Positions 1 through 13,292 are shown, numbered from the stretch's first letter. The stretch: 64,000 nucleotides of DNA from Vicugna vicugna (GCA_013265495.1 MU061578.1:2179308-2243307), one strand, 5' to 3'. Notes: a model not told the origin generated them from the letters alone. Program-made: numbers and translations.

Positions 1-9
1 CCCTTAGAA

Positions 10-550
10 TACAAATTATATACTTTAAAGCACACACATCTTGAGTGTAGAGAGCTCTATAAATTTTACATATGATGGTAACCTATGTAACCACAGCTAG
101 ATTAATGTGGTGCATATTCCCATCTCCTCCAGACTGGCTCTTTCATGCCCCTACCCAGATGTAACCACTACCATTACTTTTATCACCAGAGATTAGGTAC
201 TGTTTTTTATGTATGTCAATGAAATCATACAGGCTGCATTTTTTAACTCTGAATTTTTTTTAACTCACAATATGTCTCTGAAATTCATACAGGCTGTTTC
301 ATATACTCATTGATAATTCTTTTTGGTTACTATCTTGTATTCTGTTGCAATTTATTTATTTATTGTCCTGTTCATGGACATTTACTTTGTTCCATTTATT
401 GGCTATGATAAATAAAGCTTCTGTGAACATTATTGTCTACATCTTTTGGTGGACATAAGCACTCGTCTCTCTTGGGCACAAGGAGGAGTGAAATTGTTAG
501 ATCATTAAACACTATTTCACCAATGTTTAAAATACTGCCAATTCTCCAAA
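10..550 (-). mobile_element. Old L1 (L1M-type) 3' region fragment
   Basis: AT-rich sequence with antisense L1 3'UTR phrases (gaaatcatacag, tggacattt..tgttcc, ctgtgaacatt, ttttggtggacata); boundaries approximate. Confidence 0.75.
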
Positions 551-862
551 ACTCCATTTTTTAATCTGAAAATGGTGGTAACAAATATCCTGCTATGTGT
601 GATATATGTGAAACTGAAAAGCGGAAACAGGTGGAAAGGTGTTTTATTGTTGATTGTTTACTTTAAATGCCGAATATAGCACAAATGTGAGACAGTGCCT
701 GGGGGAAAGGCCAATGGAAGATCACAGGGAACAGGCATCGCTCCTTGGTGCTGACCCCAGAGCACTAAGACACAGGCAGGTATGATCTAGAAAGTAGAAT
801 CAGCCCTTAAGCAGTGGCAAAGTTAACATTTATCAAACACCCACTCTGGGTCGTTTACATGC

Positions 863-1227
863 TGTTATGAACTGAATGTTTGTGTCCTCAAAATTCATAT
901 ACTGAAATTCTAACCCCCTAGGTGGTTATATTAGGAGGCTGGGCTTTTGGAGGTCACCAGGTCATGAGGGTGGAGCCCTCATGAATGGGATTAGCGCCTT
1001 TTATAGGAAAAGACTGTGGAACTTGCTTGTCTTTCTGCTTTCCTGCCATGTGAGGCTATAACCAGAAGGTGGCTATCCACAAACCAGGAAGAGAGTCCTC
1101 ACCAGACACCAGATATTCTGGTACCTTGCTCTTGGACTTCCCAACCCTCAGAACTGTGAGTAACAAATTTCTGTTGTTTGAGTCACCCAGTCTATGCTGT
1201 CTTGTTAGAGCAGCTTCAACTAAGACA
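863..1227 (+). mobile_element. MaLR solo LTR, MLT1A-like
   Basis: TG...CA ends; hallmark gggtggagccctcatgaatgggattag and ttggacttcccaaccctcagaactgtgag; 5-bp TSD catgc (858-862) / catgg (1228-1232). Confidence 0.9.
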
Positions 1228-1287
1228 CATGGCAGTGAATAGCCAGCACTTTGTACTCTGCCAGACACAATGACACATCCCAGCTCT

Positions 1288-1371
1288 GGGGGAAGGTATA
1301 GCCTAGTAGAGCACATTTTTAGCACACATGAGGTCCTGGGTTCAATCTCCAGTACCTCCATGAAAAATAAA
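1288..1371 (+). mobile_element. tRNA-derived SINE, camelid Vic-1-like (short), inserted in a MIR
   Basis: ggggaaggtatagc..gtagagc A-box-like head, B box ggttcaatctcc, A-rich tail; 11-bp TSD atcccagctct (1277-1287) / atcccatctct (1372-1382). Confidence 0.88.
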
Positions 1372-1382
1372 ATCCCATCTCT

Positions 1383-1555
1383 ATCACTCATTAGCTGATT
1401 GGCTCCAGGAAAGTCACTGAGTCTTTCTGAGCCTCAGTTTATTCTTCTGTAAAATGGGGATTATAACAGCTCGTGTATCCCAAGATTTTTGTGAGGATTT
1501 TATAAGATGATGCATGTGAAACCTTTACATAGTAAATGGTGCTTGATACATGGAA
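1383..1555 (+). mobile_element. MIR
   Basis: Core ctgagcctcagtttattcttctgtaaaatggggattataa. Confidence 0.85.
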
Positions 1556-3189
1556 CCTGGCAGTCTGTTTAAAGTAAGCCAAAAGACTCAACAACCTCAT
1601 GTAATGTGTACTGCCATTCTCATTCTGAAAATGAGGAAGCTAACTTTGGGTAGACACATGACTGGCTCATGTCATGGGTCACAAGATCATTGGGAAGCAG
1701 GTGATGCTAGGGGCTCCTTACCCCACCGCAACCTTCTGGTTCCTGGCCTCCTTCCCCCTGTTCCTGCAGTGACCTGCCTCACTCGGTATCTAAAGCAACA
1801 GTTCCATTAATACACCACAGTTCCTGGAAAACTTGTGCACACCAAGCCATCCTATCCACGAATGTAGACATTTGCCCTGGAGGTTCCTCTCTTTGCAGTG
1901 GTCTCCCCTTCCATTCTGTAGAACATTGCCAGAATCTGCCCTCCTTATTCCATCTTACACTCCAACAACCATGTGATGGATCCAAAGAAGGTGTAACTAT
2001 CCTCACAGAGTACGTGAGGAAAGCCAAGTCTCAGCAGTTAAAGTGATGCACGACGTCACACAGAACCCTGGGCTCCTGGGGCCCAGCGCCATGGTCTTTG
2101 CTTTACACACCCAGTAACTTGGAACAATGGCTCCATGGCCCTGGATATATTTTGAAGGTGCCCATTGAGTGAAACCGTGCACAATTCTCCATGGATGGTC
2201 ACCTTGCTGGTGACCTCTGACCAACATCTTTCTTACTTACCTGTTCCCAGCATCAGCCACCATTCCCTTAATGCCGCAGAGGTCGAACAGGGAGAGGACA
2301 AAGAGGGAAGGAATGGAAAACACCAGGGAGACAGAGGGAAGTCTCACTGCTGAAGCAAGGGCTTGTCTCGATGGGGCTAGCATCCTCAAGTGTAGATACA
2401 GACTCTGAAGTCACCAGGACTGACACAGCAGGCAATCCAGCTTTGAGACCATCAACCATCTTCACCTGGCTACTCAATGTACCCTCCATAAAGAGTACCA
2501 GGGGTGACCTGGTCTGCCCCAAACCCAGCACCGTGGAGACCACACAGCTGACAGCACACCATCCAAAGCACCAGGAGACTATGCAGAGCAGAATCACAAC
2601 CAGGATGCCTATGTCACCACATCACCAAAGCAAACCATTTCAAAATGCCCTCCGAAGGGACAGCAAAACCACATCTCCTACCTCAGCGTCGCTGGCAGCC
2701 AGGCTTCCCGAAACCTGCAAGTTAAAGGAAAAAAAGACATTAGTATTGACTCAACAAGAAGGTAATTAGATTAATTGTCTTTTTAAAGGAACTGGCATCA
2801 ATAATTTGTTATGACCCTAGGGGACAATGGGTGTGAGACACACACACACAGAGCTGCTTTTTCTTCTAGCAAGCACAGGAGCAAGATTTGTTTTTCCAGT
2901 CCTGTGTATAAGGTGAAGAGGATAATTAATATTTTCAACACATTATAACAACCTTGCCAGGAAAAAAAAGAAGGAGGAGAGGTGTGTGCAATGCCGGGCA
3001 CTGATAATGATTAAATGAACACCAAAAAAGCAAAGGTATTGAAGACATTGAGGTGTTGTTTTTTTGTTTTTTTGTTTTTTTTCCTCCTTAAAGTTTCATG
3101 TCAGTGTTATGAGAAGGTAAAACTACAAACTACAGCCAACAACAGCCTTCTATTCCCAAAATGCCTCAAAATATTGTGAAATAAAGAGT

Positions 3190-3390
3190 GATGCCAGGCA
3201 CTGTGCCACGTTCTTCACAGTGACTGTCATTTCATCCTCAGACCAACTTTTATCATCCCATTTCATAGATGAGAATATGGTGCTTAGAAAAGTTAAATAA
3301 TTTTTCCAAGTTCAGAACATTGTTATGTAGAGGAAGTTAGATTTAAACACAAGATAAAGTCACGTAGACTTTCAGGCTCCTGCTCACAGC
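3190..3390 (-). mobile_element. MIR
   Basis: tgccaggcactgtg...cccatttcatagatgagaa...agaaaagttaaataatttttccaag. Confidence 0.75.
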
Positions 3391-3580
3391 CCATTCGGTA
3401 TTAAAGGATTTGATTTAGACTCCACCCATCACCCTTCCTATATGCCTAGACGGAATCTCCTACAAGGGCAAATAAGGGGGGGGGGTTCCCCCTAATAAAT
3501 CCAGGATTTCTCTGCCCTGCAACTTTCTATGTATACCTGAGGTTGACCTGGCCATCCTCAACTGTATTTTCCTACCAGAT

Positions 3581-3974
3581 GGCTACGGACTGAACTGTGT
3601 CCACCCCCAACCCAAATTCATGAAGCTGTAACCCACAATGTGATGATATTTGCAGATGGGTCTTTGGAAGGCAATTAGGTTTGGATCAGGTCATGAGAAT
3701 GGGGCCCCACAATGGGATTAGTGCCCTCCTGAGGCACCAAAGTTTGCATTCTGTCCCTCTCTCTCCCCACCTGCATGCACCAAGGGAAGGCCACAGGAAG
3801 ACACAGCAAGAAGGCAGCCATCCAAAACCCAAGGAGAAGGCTCTCACCAGACACCAACCCTGCTGGCTCCTTGATGGTGGACTTCCAGCCTCCAGAACTG
3901 TGAGAAGTAAACTCCTGTGGTTTAATACATCCAGTCTATGGTATTTTGTTAAGGCCACCCAAGCTGATTAGACA
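3581..3974 (+). mobile_element. MaLR solo LTR, MLT1A-like
   Basis: ggactgaactgtgtcc...aatgggattagtgccct...ggacttccagcctccagaactgtgaga...gattagaca. Confidence 0.9.
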
Positions 3975-4449
3975 GGCCAGTGCCAGCTCACAGCTGGGAA
4001 TCCAATTAAGGACTTCAGAATGCATGGGTTCCTGAGTTAGACACCCACCCCCTGTAGCTCACACTGGCCGGGCTCCCAGCACCCCCATGCTCAACCCCCA
4101 GGTATCAGACCAGCCCTCACCTAAGCCATCAGCTCCAGAAGTAGCTCAAGCAGTGCCTGCTGCCCACTGGGCAGCTTTCATGCATCATTAGCCTACTGAA
4201 TGGGAGGCCAGCCTTCAGACTGACCTTGGCCAAGAGGATGCATTGGCTGTGGCCTGAGGCTTACCAAGGCGTGAATCCCAGGGCCAGCCCAGGAGAAACC
4301 TCCAAAGTGTGATGAATGTCAGAGTCCGGGACCTCCCTTCCTGTCCCTCTGTCCTTTCAGAGCTGGGGCTGGGAGAGCAGCTGATTACAAAGCAAAGCTA
4401 TGGGCCACATCCCTAAAGCAGCCATGCAGAAGATCTCTTGCTACATAAC

Positions 4450-4483
4450 TGTGTGTGTGTGTGTGTGCGTGCGCACGCGCACA
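4450..4483. repeat. (TG)n/(CG) microsatellite
   Basis: tgtgtgtgtgtgtgtgtgcgtgcgcacgcgcaca. Confidence 0.9.
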
Positions 4484-4819
4484 TTTCCCTACTATAAACC
4501 AACAGTAGTTTGTGAGGGATAAGCTTGCTACTCAATAGCTGCAGGTCTCAGACAGCACGCGGGCAACACAGTCCTCAGCTGACCTCTCTAATTTCCTCCA
4601 CTTCATAATCTCAGTGTGTATCTCCTAACTGTGCATCTTGGGTCATACAACCCCTTTCATTCCCTTCCAAAGACAAGCCCACTTCTTGCTCTACCTTGGA
4701 TAAATGCACACCAACATCAAGAGGCGTAGACATGGCAGCTCACTGCAGCACTGTCCACAGTAACAATACATTTCTAAAACATTTTAAATGTCCACAGATA
4801 AAAGAATGGCTAAAATACA

Positions 4820-5048
4820 GGGTTTGAACACGCCCACACCTCCAGGGAACAGGCAAGCGATAGAAGTGTATAAAGTGAATGGCCTGCCAGGCAATAGGGA
4901 ATGGTGAGGTCTGTGGAGAAACTCAAGATGCCTACTTTCCCTAAAGCCATTTGCATTCAATTTATAAAAGGCAAAAAATACAGTTTTAGCTAAACATGAT
5001 ACATATGTAGTCCAGATGTGGATGCTGGACTGCCAGTTTACAATCCTT
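4820..5048. mobile_element. hAT non-autonomous DNA transposon (MER45/Tip100-like)
   Basis: caggcaatagggaatggtgaggtctgtggagaaact and terminal ctgccagtttacaatcc; a related fragment lies at ~6120-6165. Confidence 0.5.
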
Positions 5049-5242
5049 TAAGCCAAATCAATTAGAGTCCATCCATATTATAAAATATTATGCTGCAGTT
5101 AGAATACATGGAGTGAATCCTAATTTCTGCCAGGAAAGACTCTGTAACACACACTGTTAATGGACAAGAGGGAGAACAGTACTCATAAGATGGTACCAAT
5201 ATTAGAAAAAAATAACTGAAGTATATATACATCATATATTCC

Positions 5243-5723
5243 TATAACTGAGCAGAAACCTATGGGGCCTTCCTGGGACAGACCCCCTCCCCTATGTCCT
5301 CTGCTGTAGCTCCTCTCTGAAGTACCCAGATGATAGTATCTCATGCACATTTCCAGAGTTGTTTTACAGTTGCTAAAACCCCCACCAAACAGGAGAAGTT
5401 AACTACTTGATGACTATGAGCGCATAGCCCCAGACCTACTGGTGTCCAAGGATTACTAATGTTAACCCCTGTGACATCGCCCTGTCACCTCACCATCAAC
5501 CAGTCAGAGAAGTGTGCACGAGCTGATCACATACCCTATGATCCCTTCCCTCATCTGGCCTTTAAAAATGCTTCCCTGAAACCCACTGGGGAATTGGGGT
5601 ACCCTGGACTCCTTGCTTGGCACCCCGCAGTTAATGCTACATTTTCCTTCACCACCACCTGGTATCAGTAGATTGGCTTTACCGGGCACAGGAGAGTGAA
5701 CCCAAGTTTGGTTTGATGTAACA
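5243..5723 (+). mobile_element. ERV1-class solo LTR (481 bp)
   Basis: Begins tataactgagc (TG end decayed) and ends gtaaca; 4-bp TSD ttcc (5239-5242 / 5724-5727); TATA-like tttaaaaa at ~5561. Confidence 0.85.
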
Positions 5724-6699
5724 TTCCTCCTCCCATCCTCACCTCCCCCACAAGACACACAAACAGCTATATGTCTAAAAAATGTCTGGGAGGAGATATA
5801 TATATATATATAAAACCAACAGAAGTTTTATCTCCGAGGAGGAATCTGGAATTTGACTGGGACTTGATGGTTTGAGGAAAGTCATGGGGAACTTTTTCTG
5901 AATTGCTTGAAATTTTTTCATTGAGAATGTATCCATGTACTATTTGTTAAACTAAACATAAAATTTAAACATGATAAAAAATAAAGCTTTACAGTTCCTC
6001 AAGGTTAATAACAGACTTTATAGAAATGTTGGCTTGTCTCACTGAAGAGAGGACTAAAAACAGCTCTCTCACTCATTCATATACATGGTGACACAGAGTA
6101 GAAGGTGGGTCATATGGTGATAATGGCAATAGGGAGTGGTGGGGCTTGTGGCCAACTGGAGACAGATCATATTCATTTATGATTTATAATTCTATGTATT
6201 GGATAAATAAATGCTGAAATTTATTGGAATCCTCTATATGCTGCATTCTCAATCAATTTATGATTAGGTTAGATTCACTTCCAACACCTGTAGCTCAGCG
6301 TTATTCAGGAACACGGCACCCACAGACCTCGGGGCCTGCCTGTAAGCCGCTGTCACATGTAGGGCAGATAGAGGACTGCGGAGGCCAACTGGTGAGTGAG
6401 GGTTCTTTAAGGGCTGCAGGTACCAGGCTGAGGCATTTGGCTTTTATCTTGTCAGCAGCAGCAGCCATCAGAGGGTCCCTAGCGGGGGGCTGATATGATT
6501 AGAGACGTGTTTGAGGTGGGCCATTCTGTGGACCAGCACAGGGCACAGAAGCGATGCAGGAAACTCCCAGCAGGACATTCCTTAGAGCTTTGTTCCAGCG
6601 ATTCCCCATCCCTTTAATCATTTCCGCCTTCCACTTCTTCCCTTTTTCTAACTGCGTTTGAAATCGCCAAGGCCAACATTAAGAGTTTCCTCCTCGCTT

Positions 6700-6880
6700 G
6701 TGCCAGGAACTTGATGTACGAGATCCTTTCAGTCCTCACCACAACCCACCCTAGGCGCTGGTTCTGATGCCATTTTTTCAGATGGGGAAACTGAGGCTGG
6801 GATTCTCAGTCCTTTCCTAGGCCCACAGTGGGCAGTGTCAGAGGCAGGGCTTGAACCCAGGTCAGGCTCCAAAACTGCCC
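6700..6880 (-). mobile_element. MIR
   Basis: ccattttttcagatggggaaactgaggct...cttgaacccagg. Confidence 0.8.
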
Positions 6881-8339
6881 TCAAAACCCATGCAGGGATT
6901 TTGCCCCTGGGGATACGGATTCTTGCTGGGACATCCCACAAACTAAAAGATGTGAGGATGGAGTTCGTTGATAGATGGGTGATGTGTGTTCAGGCACATC
7001 CGCCTGGTCTCCCTCCACACCTGTGTCTGAGATGCCCCAGTACCACCTGGGGTTCTGGCGCTCCAGACCATTCAGCTGTCTGTGCTGAGCGTGCTGGGTA
7101 CCACTCTGCCACTTTTGCAGAGTCCCTTTTGGTCGCCTGGGATAGCAACCACTCAAAATAGCTTAAGGACACGAAAGAATTCATTAGCTCATTCCGCTGA
7201 TAGAGTTCACTTTAAATGGATCCAGATAAGGATCAAAGAGGTTAAATTACTTCTCTGGCAAGTGGTAGAGCAAGAAACTGAACCTAGGTCTCTGCAATTC
7301 GAGACTCTCCTTGGCAGTACTCCCACGCACAAATTCAGGGACTCGGTAATCGTGCGCTGCTCCCTATCTGGACGTTAACCCATCCTGTTCTCATGGAATG
7401 ATGCATGTTCTCTGCCTCCTGCTTCCTCTCATCGCCTTCCTTCCTCCAGGATTCACTGTGGGGTCCCCATGGTTGATGATGCCACAAAATGGCCTGCCAG
7501 GCAGGAAGACAGAATAATCACATCTCTCCACAAACACTACCTTGTTGGGCCTTCAGATCTGTCTCCCCACCAGCAAATGACACCACTGCACCAACGGTGC
7601 AAAACAGAACCCTTTGTCTGTGTGGTCAGGATGTCACCTGATGAGGCATCCCAGCTAGAGGCTGGTGGGGCTGTTACTCATGCACCAGCATCTTGGCGAT
7701 TTCTTCTACTGACAGTCATTCAAATGAAAGTGTCATATCCCTGTGCCCTGTTGTCGACCAGGTGGTGTTTGCCAGGCTGCCAGGTTGTCTTTGGCTTTGA
7801 AGGAACTATTTTATGGAAAGTTCTGACCTAGAACAGCACCACCATGAAGGGTCTCTTTTCTCACCAATTATCCTTCAATCTAGTCTTCCCTTCTGGTTCT
7901 GTAAGGACACCTCAGGAAGACCCAGAGCTTCCCGACCACCCTCAGGCATGAGAAATACAGTCTAGCTCAGGGCAGAACTTCTATCCCATATCCAGTTTCA
8001 TGTCCATCTTCTCCAGACCCCGAACTGACCGTGCTGGCCAGGCTTTGACCAGTAGGGTTAAACGAGGAGAATGAAGCATCTTGTCTTCTCTTTCTTGCCC
8101 TCCTCTCCCCTTACTTTTCTGGTTTTAACAGCTCTGTCATTGGTTCTGAGCTGGTGGATTACACAGAAAGGGCACATTCCTTCCCGCCTGAGCATGCAAC
8201 AAATAAAATCATCTGCTATCAATCCTGATTATCAGGAAATTCAGTGGTTACAGATGCCTTCTGTACGGAAGGTGTCCAAATGTTAGCAACTTCGTGGGGT
8301 GCAGGTAGATTTTGGGGAGCCCTGTGGGTGCAGGCCTCC

Positions 8340-8700
8340 TGTGATTGTCAGGGACAAAGATTCAGTGACAAACAAAGCCAAATGCATAATGGCTTGACAC
8401 ATGGATATTCACCTCTTGCTCACGTAACAGTCCCAGGTGGGAGAAATGCTCTCCTGCACATGGTCATTCAGGGACCCAGGCTGCAAGAGCCCTGCCATCT
8501 TTCATATGTGGCTTCCAAGGTCACCGTGACCAGAGAGCCAGAAGGAGGCAAATATGTGGAGGGCCATGAGTGAGTGGTCTTCGTGGACCAGGCCCACAAG
8601 TGCCATGCATCGTTTCAGCTCACATCCTACTGGCTGGAGTTCAGCCACAGAGCCCCATACAACGGCAAGGGGTTTGGACACATGGTTAAGCTACATGAGA
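8340..8700 (-). mobile_element. MaLR LTR, MLT1J-like
   Basis: gtcattcagggacccaggctg...gccatctt...gctcacatcctactggctggagttcagccaca. Confidence 0.7.
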
Positions 8701-9789
8701 GTGAGAAGAGGGATCTGGAGAGCAGAGCTAGCAGCCCTGGCCACACCTCCTCACTGCAGCACGACGTTCCCCAAGATCCCTGTACACGGTTCCCGATAGA
8801 AAATCCACTTCCACTCCACCTCCCCCAGTTTCTCCTAGTGATGGAATTCCGGCAGACAACGCAGTCTGTTGTTGCAGAGGTCCCCGCACCTCGCAGCTGG
8901 TCCTCTTGAGGGCACCAGCCACGTGGCTCAAACCCAGCAGGAAGCCAACGAGTCCTTTTGCAGGAGCAGAGACTGAAGCTGTCCCTCCCTCCACGCCCCC
9001 TCGCTCCTATTTTCTTCTTCCGCTGCTCGAATAAGCAGAAAGGGGAGGTGAGAAGCAGCACCAGCAGACTGAGTCCTCTTCTTGCTGGCTTCCCAGTGTC
9101 ACGAGAATGCCCTCGGAGCTCAGCGTTTCTTCAGGTTGACACTGATAACTCGCCACTCTCCCCCGAATCCTCTGCGATCTTCTGCCTGTGTATCTATTCC
9201 GTACTGCTAACAGCAGAGCTGGCCTGTCCCCTCTCAAAGAGCCCTGAGGAGGTTCCTGGACCCACTGTGTCTGGCCCTCTTTCAAGTGTGAGAGATGCTC
9301 AGCATTCCTTTGCCTTCCGTTAGGGTCCGGACAATCTATTCTGGGCCAACACGAAATGTCTTAACAGTCACCTTGGCCAAGGAGTCCTGCAAAGGGTTGT
9401 GAATTTGTCACCAAACTGGGTCAGCTCTTTCTGTGAATGGATTGAATCACTGGGTTGTTTTCACTGGCGTAAACAGAATACTTTAAAGTGCTATCATTGA
9501 AGGGTGGTGAAGCAGAACAAAGCGTGTGGAACAAGACACATGGGCTTCCTGCCACGCCACAGCTGGGTGGCTTTGAGAAGGTCACTGCCCTGATCTGAGA
9601 GAGTTGATTTCTCTATCAGCTCTCAGGTGGCGTGGATTCTGTGTCATCTCGTGAATAGTGAACACCGGCATCCACCTGCCACGTGTCCCTCCCCGGACAA
9701 CACTAGGGACTCTAAGCAAGTTGTGGAGTTGAATTCTGGGATCCAAATCCACTTTGCTTTCTCTCTAGGTATGTCATCCTGGACACATG

Positions 9790-10297
9790 TGGAGACTGAA
9801 ACAGGCCATGTGTTCTTTGGTGCTTCTCCCATTGAGAGGTGGGGTCTATGGTCCCCACCCTTGAAACTGGCCAGGCTCTAAAACTACCCTGACCAGTGGG
9901 TTACAGCAGATGGGATGCTGGGCCAGTTCTGGGCCAGCCTTAAAAAACTGACACTCCCACGGCTGTGCAGCAGAGCTCTCTCTGGGTGCCCTCAGCTGCC
10001 CACTAGGGGTCTGACCTCCCTGAGACCGCCATGCTGAAAAGGCCACACAAAGGCACTTTGATGGATAGTCTATGCTGAGCTTGGACCTCCAACCTTCCTG
10101 GCTGGTGCCCAGCTGTCTCGGACCCTCCAGGCAGTCCGTCTGTCAGCTGAGAACACCAAGAATCCTCAGCTGACCCAGGCCCAGCACGCCCTGCCCAGAT
10201 CCCTGACCCACAAACCTTTAGCTGTAATAAATGGTTGCTGTTTTGAGCCACTAAGTTTCGGGGTACTTTGATACACAGCAAAAGATGATCACAACAC
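9790..10297 (+). mobile_element. MaLR LTR, MLT1F/G-like
   Basis: cccattgagaggtggggtctatg...gagaccgccatgctg...aataaatggttgctgttttgagccactaagtttcggggtactttgatacacagca. Confidence 0.8.
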
Positions 10298-10569
10298 AAG
10301 ATATTTATCCTCTCTAAGCCTGGGATTTTATACTTGTAAGCTAGAAAATAGGTTTTTACAAGATTGTTCTAAGAATTAAGCAAACAATGTATGTTTAAAG
10401 TGCTTGCCACTGTCCTTGGCACACAGCAAGCTGTGCGTTTTGCCTTTCCTTTCATAAAACCACGAGGACGTGGGCTGTTCTTTGTGCATTTCCCACAGGC
10501 AATAGTCAAGCGATGATTCTCAGAGCACCCAATTTGATTTCCAGCTGGTAAAAGGCCTGTGGGTTGCTC

Positions 10570-10730
10570 TGGAGTCAGAAATACCTGGGCTTTATAAATC
10601 CTTGCTCTACCACCTACAAGCCGTGTGCATGACCAGGAGAGAGTAACTTCCTTCTCTGAGCCTCAGTTTCCCCACTTGGAAAGCAGACACAACATTCTAC
10701 CTGGCTGTCTTTTGGGCATGAATTCAATGG
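10570..10730 (+). mobile_element. MIR
   Basis: ctctggagtcaga...ctctgagcctcagtttccccacttggaaa. Confidence 0.75.
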
Positions 10731-11689
10731 GAAAGTCTGGCCTAGAGTTGGAGGTTGAGAATGACTAACTGCAGGTTTAGCTAGTTTGGTGTCGCAACTG
10801 CTACAGAAGCAGCAGTCGTAACACTCGGTATTTTGGGCTCCACTGCATTTAATGGAGCAGCTTGTGAACAGACCACCTAAAGGGGTATTTCTAAAAGCAG
10901 CCAGTGTCCGCTCTCTTCACCGTCCCTCTCCTCTGTTCTAGCCCAGCACTTGGTTCCAGCCACCGAGCTGCCGGAACTCGGCCCAGATTTTTAAAATGTG
11001 AGTGTAAAAAGGGAAAGAGTCCATTCACAGATGATATGCAGTATTCCCCTCCAAAACCAAATTCTGTAGGCTCAGAATGTCCAATGAACAAACGTCTCTT
11101 AAAATTCTTCTAGAAAATGCACCAGGTTTCTCTTAATAACTCTCACCGTCAGAAATGAAATATTTACATGCACTTGCTTCAAAACCCTGGCAGCTTGTAA
11201 CCTAAGAATAGTTTTACTTATGGTGATGAACAACTAACTACTTTGGGCCCATCTTGTAGATGATTCTGAGAGGAGAAAAAGGGTGCAGGGTAGGAAAAGC
11301 TGAGCTGGGAGGGGCTGACAAATCCCTGCCCTTGATTTGCCCTTGAGGCTGGTGTATTAGGAAGGTTAAAGTGGTTCCGGCGCTGGGTTGATGGGTGTCT
11401 GAGCTGTGACGAGCCCATCAGTCACCCTGACACGTGCTGGAAAACACCGGGAGATTGCAAACATTATCTGAAGCTTAATTATGAGGCAGACAGGAGGCTG
11501 GGTTGACAAGAGGCGGGAGCGCTGGGGCTTCCTGCGCCCTGCCCCCACCCCACCCCATCCCCATTCTGTAATCTTTGGGAAAAGTTGCCGCCATTCACAT
11601 CTCCTTCCAAAGAGCCACCTTGTTGCTTTTTTGAGGCCAGGCTGCAAGTTAAAAAAAAAGGCTCCTAAGATGGTTCTGTTTTCAAATTT

Positions 11690-12220
11690 AGCTCAGCAAT
11701 CTGGAAATGTAGTTAAAGATCTTTTTAAAAATCCTACTTCTCTTTGACCCAGTAACTCTGCTCCCAGGAATCTTTCCTGAGGACAAATTGGAAATACAGC
11801 AAAAGCTTGTGGCATAAACTAATGTTTTGTAACATTTTTGTGATGGAAAAAAAACCTGGAAACAACCTAGTTGACCAACAGTTGGGGATTGCCTCAGTGA
11901 GCCAAGACATCCCCTTTTCAGGGTCCACTGTATGACCACGGAAGTGGTGGCCCAGTGAAGTTTGAAATAATATGGGAAAATGCTTATGCATGAAGAAAAT
12001 CACCCAGAACATAAATGACATACATTACATGATCTCAATTATGTTAAAACATGAGTAGAAGAAACACGGGAAGGAAATGCCATATATATATGTATGTATG
12101 TATATATAAACTGTTTTTCTTTGAGAGGAAAAACTGGATATTTCATTTCCTTCTTTCTCTTCTCTGTATTTTCCAAGTTTTCTCTACTAAACAAATGTAC
12201 AGAAAGCTATGAATTAAACA
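11690..12220 (+). mobile_element. Degraded L1ME-type 3' region
   Basis: tttgacccagtaactctgctcccaggaatctttcctgag; aaaacctggaaacaaccta..ccaacagttgggga. Confidence 0.7.
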
Positions 12221-13134
12221 CCATCTAGTTCCTGCCAGTCCTTTCAAATATTCTACCCGCTTTCCTAATGATATCTTCCCCAGGGATTGGTGATTCTGGA
12301 GCAAAGCTGGCTGTGTGACTCCAAACAGCACAAAACAAAGAGACAAGAAGCTTAACGTGAGTTTTGTGCACTTCCTGAGTCAGGCACTGTTTTGAGACTT
12401 CTGTTTACAAACCCTCATTCAGTCTTCAAAGCCTGCCGGGCAGGGGCTATCATCACCATCTCATCGATGATGTGGGAACTAACTAAGGGCCCCGGGAAGC
12501 TAGGAAAGTTTTCTAGACAATACAGCAGTTAAGAGTCAGGGTGGGAATGTCAGCTCAGGCTAGCCTGACTCCAAACCTGCTCCCCTTCCCTCCTTCACCA
12601 TCAGCCACGGATGGAGAAAAGCCCAGGTGGTGCCCTGGCTGTCACAGGCCTTCCTTTCAAAGCCCTGTGGTAAGATTTTATTGCTATGGAAACATCCCTG
12701 GACACAATCCCACCCTCCTCCTGCCACCCCTACGATCTCATTTCTTCCAGTGCCTGGAATCCCATAATTGGAGATGCTTCCCCTTAGGTTAGAAAGCCAC
12801 TGTCACCCTTATTTCTACATGCCCTCTTTGAAAATGTGTATCACGCTGGGAGGGGTCGTAGAGCATAATGCCCAGACAAGAACAAGGTAGAGGTTGGGAG
12901 AGCGCACCCTGGCCTGGGGCGTTCTCACACCGGGGAGGGGGATACAGGGCACAATCTGTAAGCTGGGGATGTGGACATTTGTCATTTTGGGTTGCCCAGC
13001 AGTTCACCCCTTTTCTTAAAAACCTCTCAATCTCCATTCCAAGAAGTCGTCTCTCCCCTGTCCTGCGTGGTCTCGGTGAGGAGGTGAATTGAGGTGACCC
13101 TTTTTATGATTCAGGCATTGAAAGGGCAGAGCCA

Positions 13135-13292
13135 GTGATTCTTAACACTGGCTGCAATTTGGAGTCACAGGGAGGGAGCCTGGCAAAAGGCAGCTGTCCA
13201 GGATGCAACCACAGGCATTCTTATCTGGGGAGGGGACTGGATGTGGGTATTCACTGAAGCTCTCCAGGTGACTCTGACGAGCAGGCAGGGTT
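13135..13292. mobile_element. hAT-Charlie MER5-like
   Basis: cagtgattcttaacactggctgca...aagctctccaggtgactctga...ggttgaggaccactg. Confidence 0.65.

Larger units (their letters stand above)
4700..5990 (+). mobile_element. Degraded L1ME-type 3' region, interrupted by a hAT element (~4820-5048) and an ERV1 LTR
   Basis: tcactgcagcactgt, aaatgtccaca..aagaatggctaaa, aatattatgctgcagttagaa, A-rich end near 5980. Confidence 0.6.

Noticed and set aside
1288..1371. tRNA-like sequences here and at 16053-16181
   Set aside because: Both have A-rich tails and TSDs and show no clear intact cloverleaf, so they are SINEs, not tRNA genes
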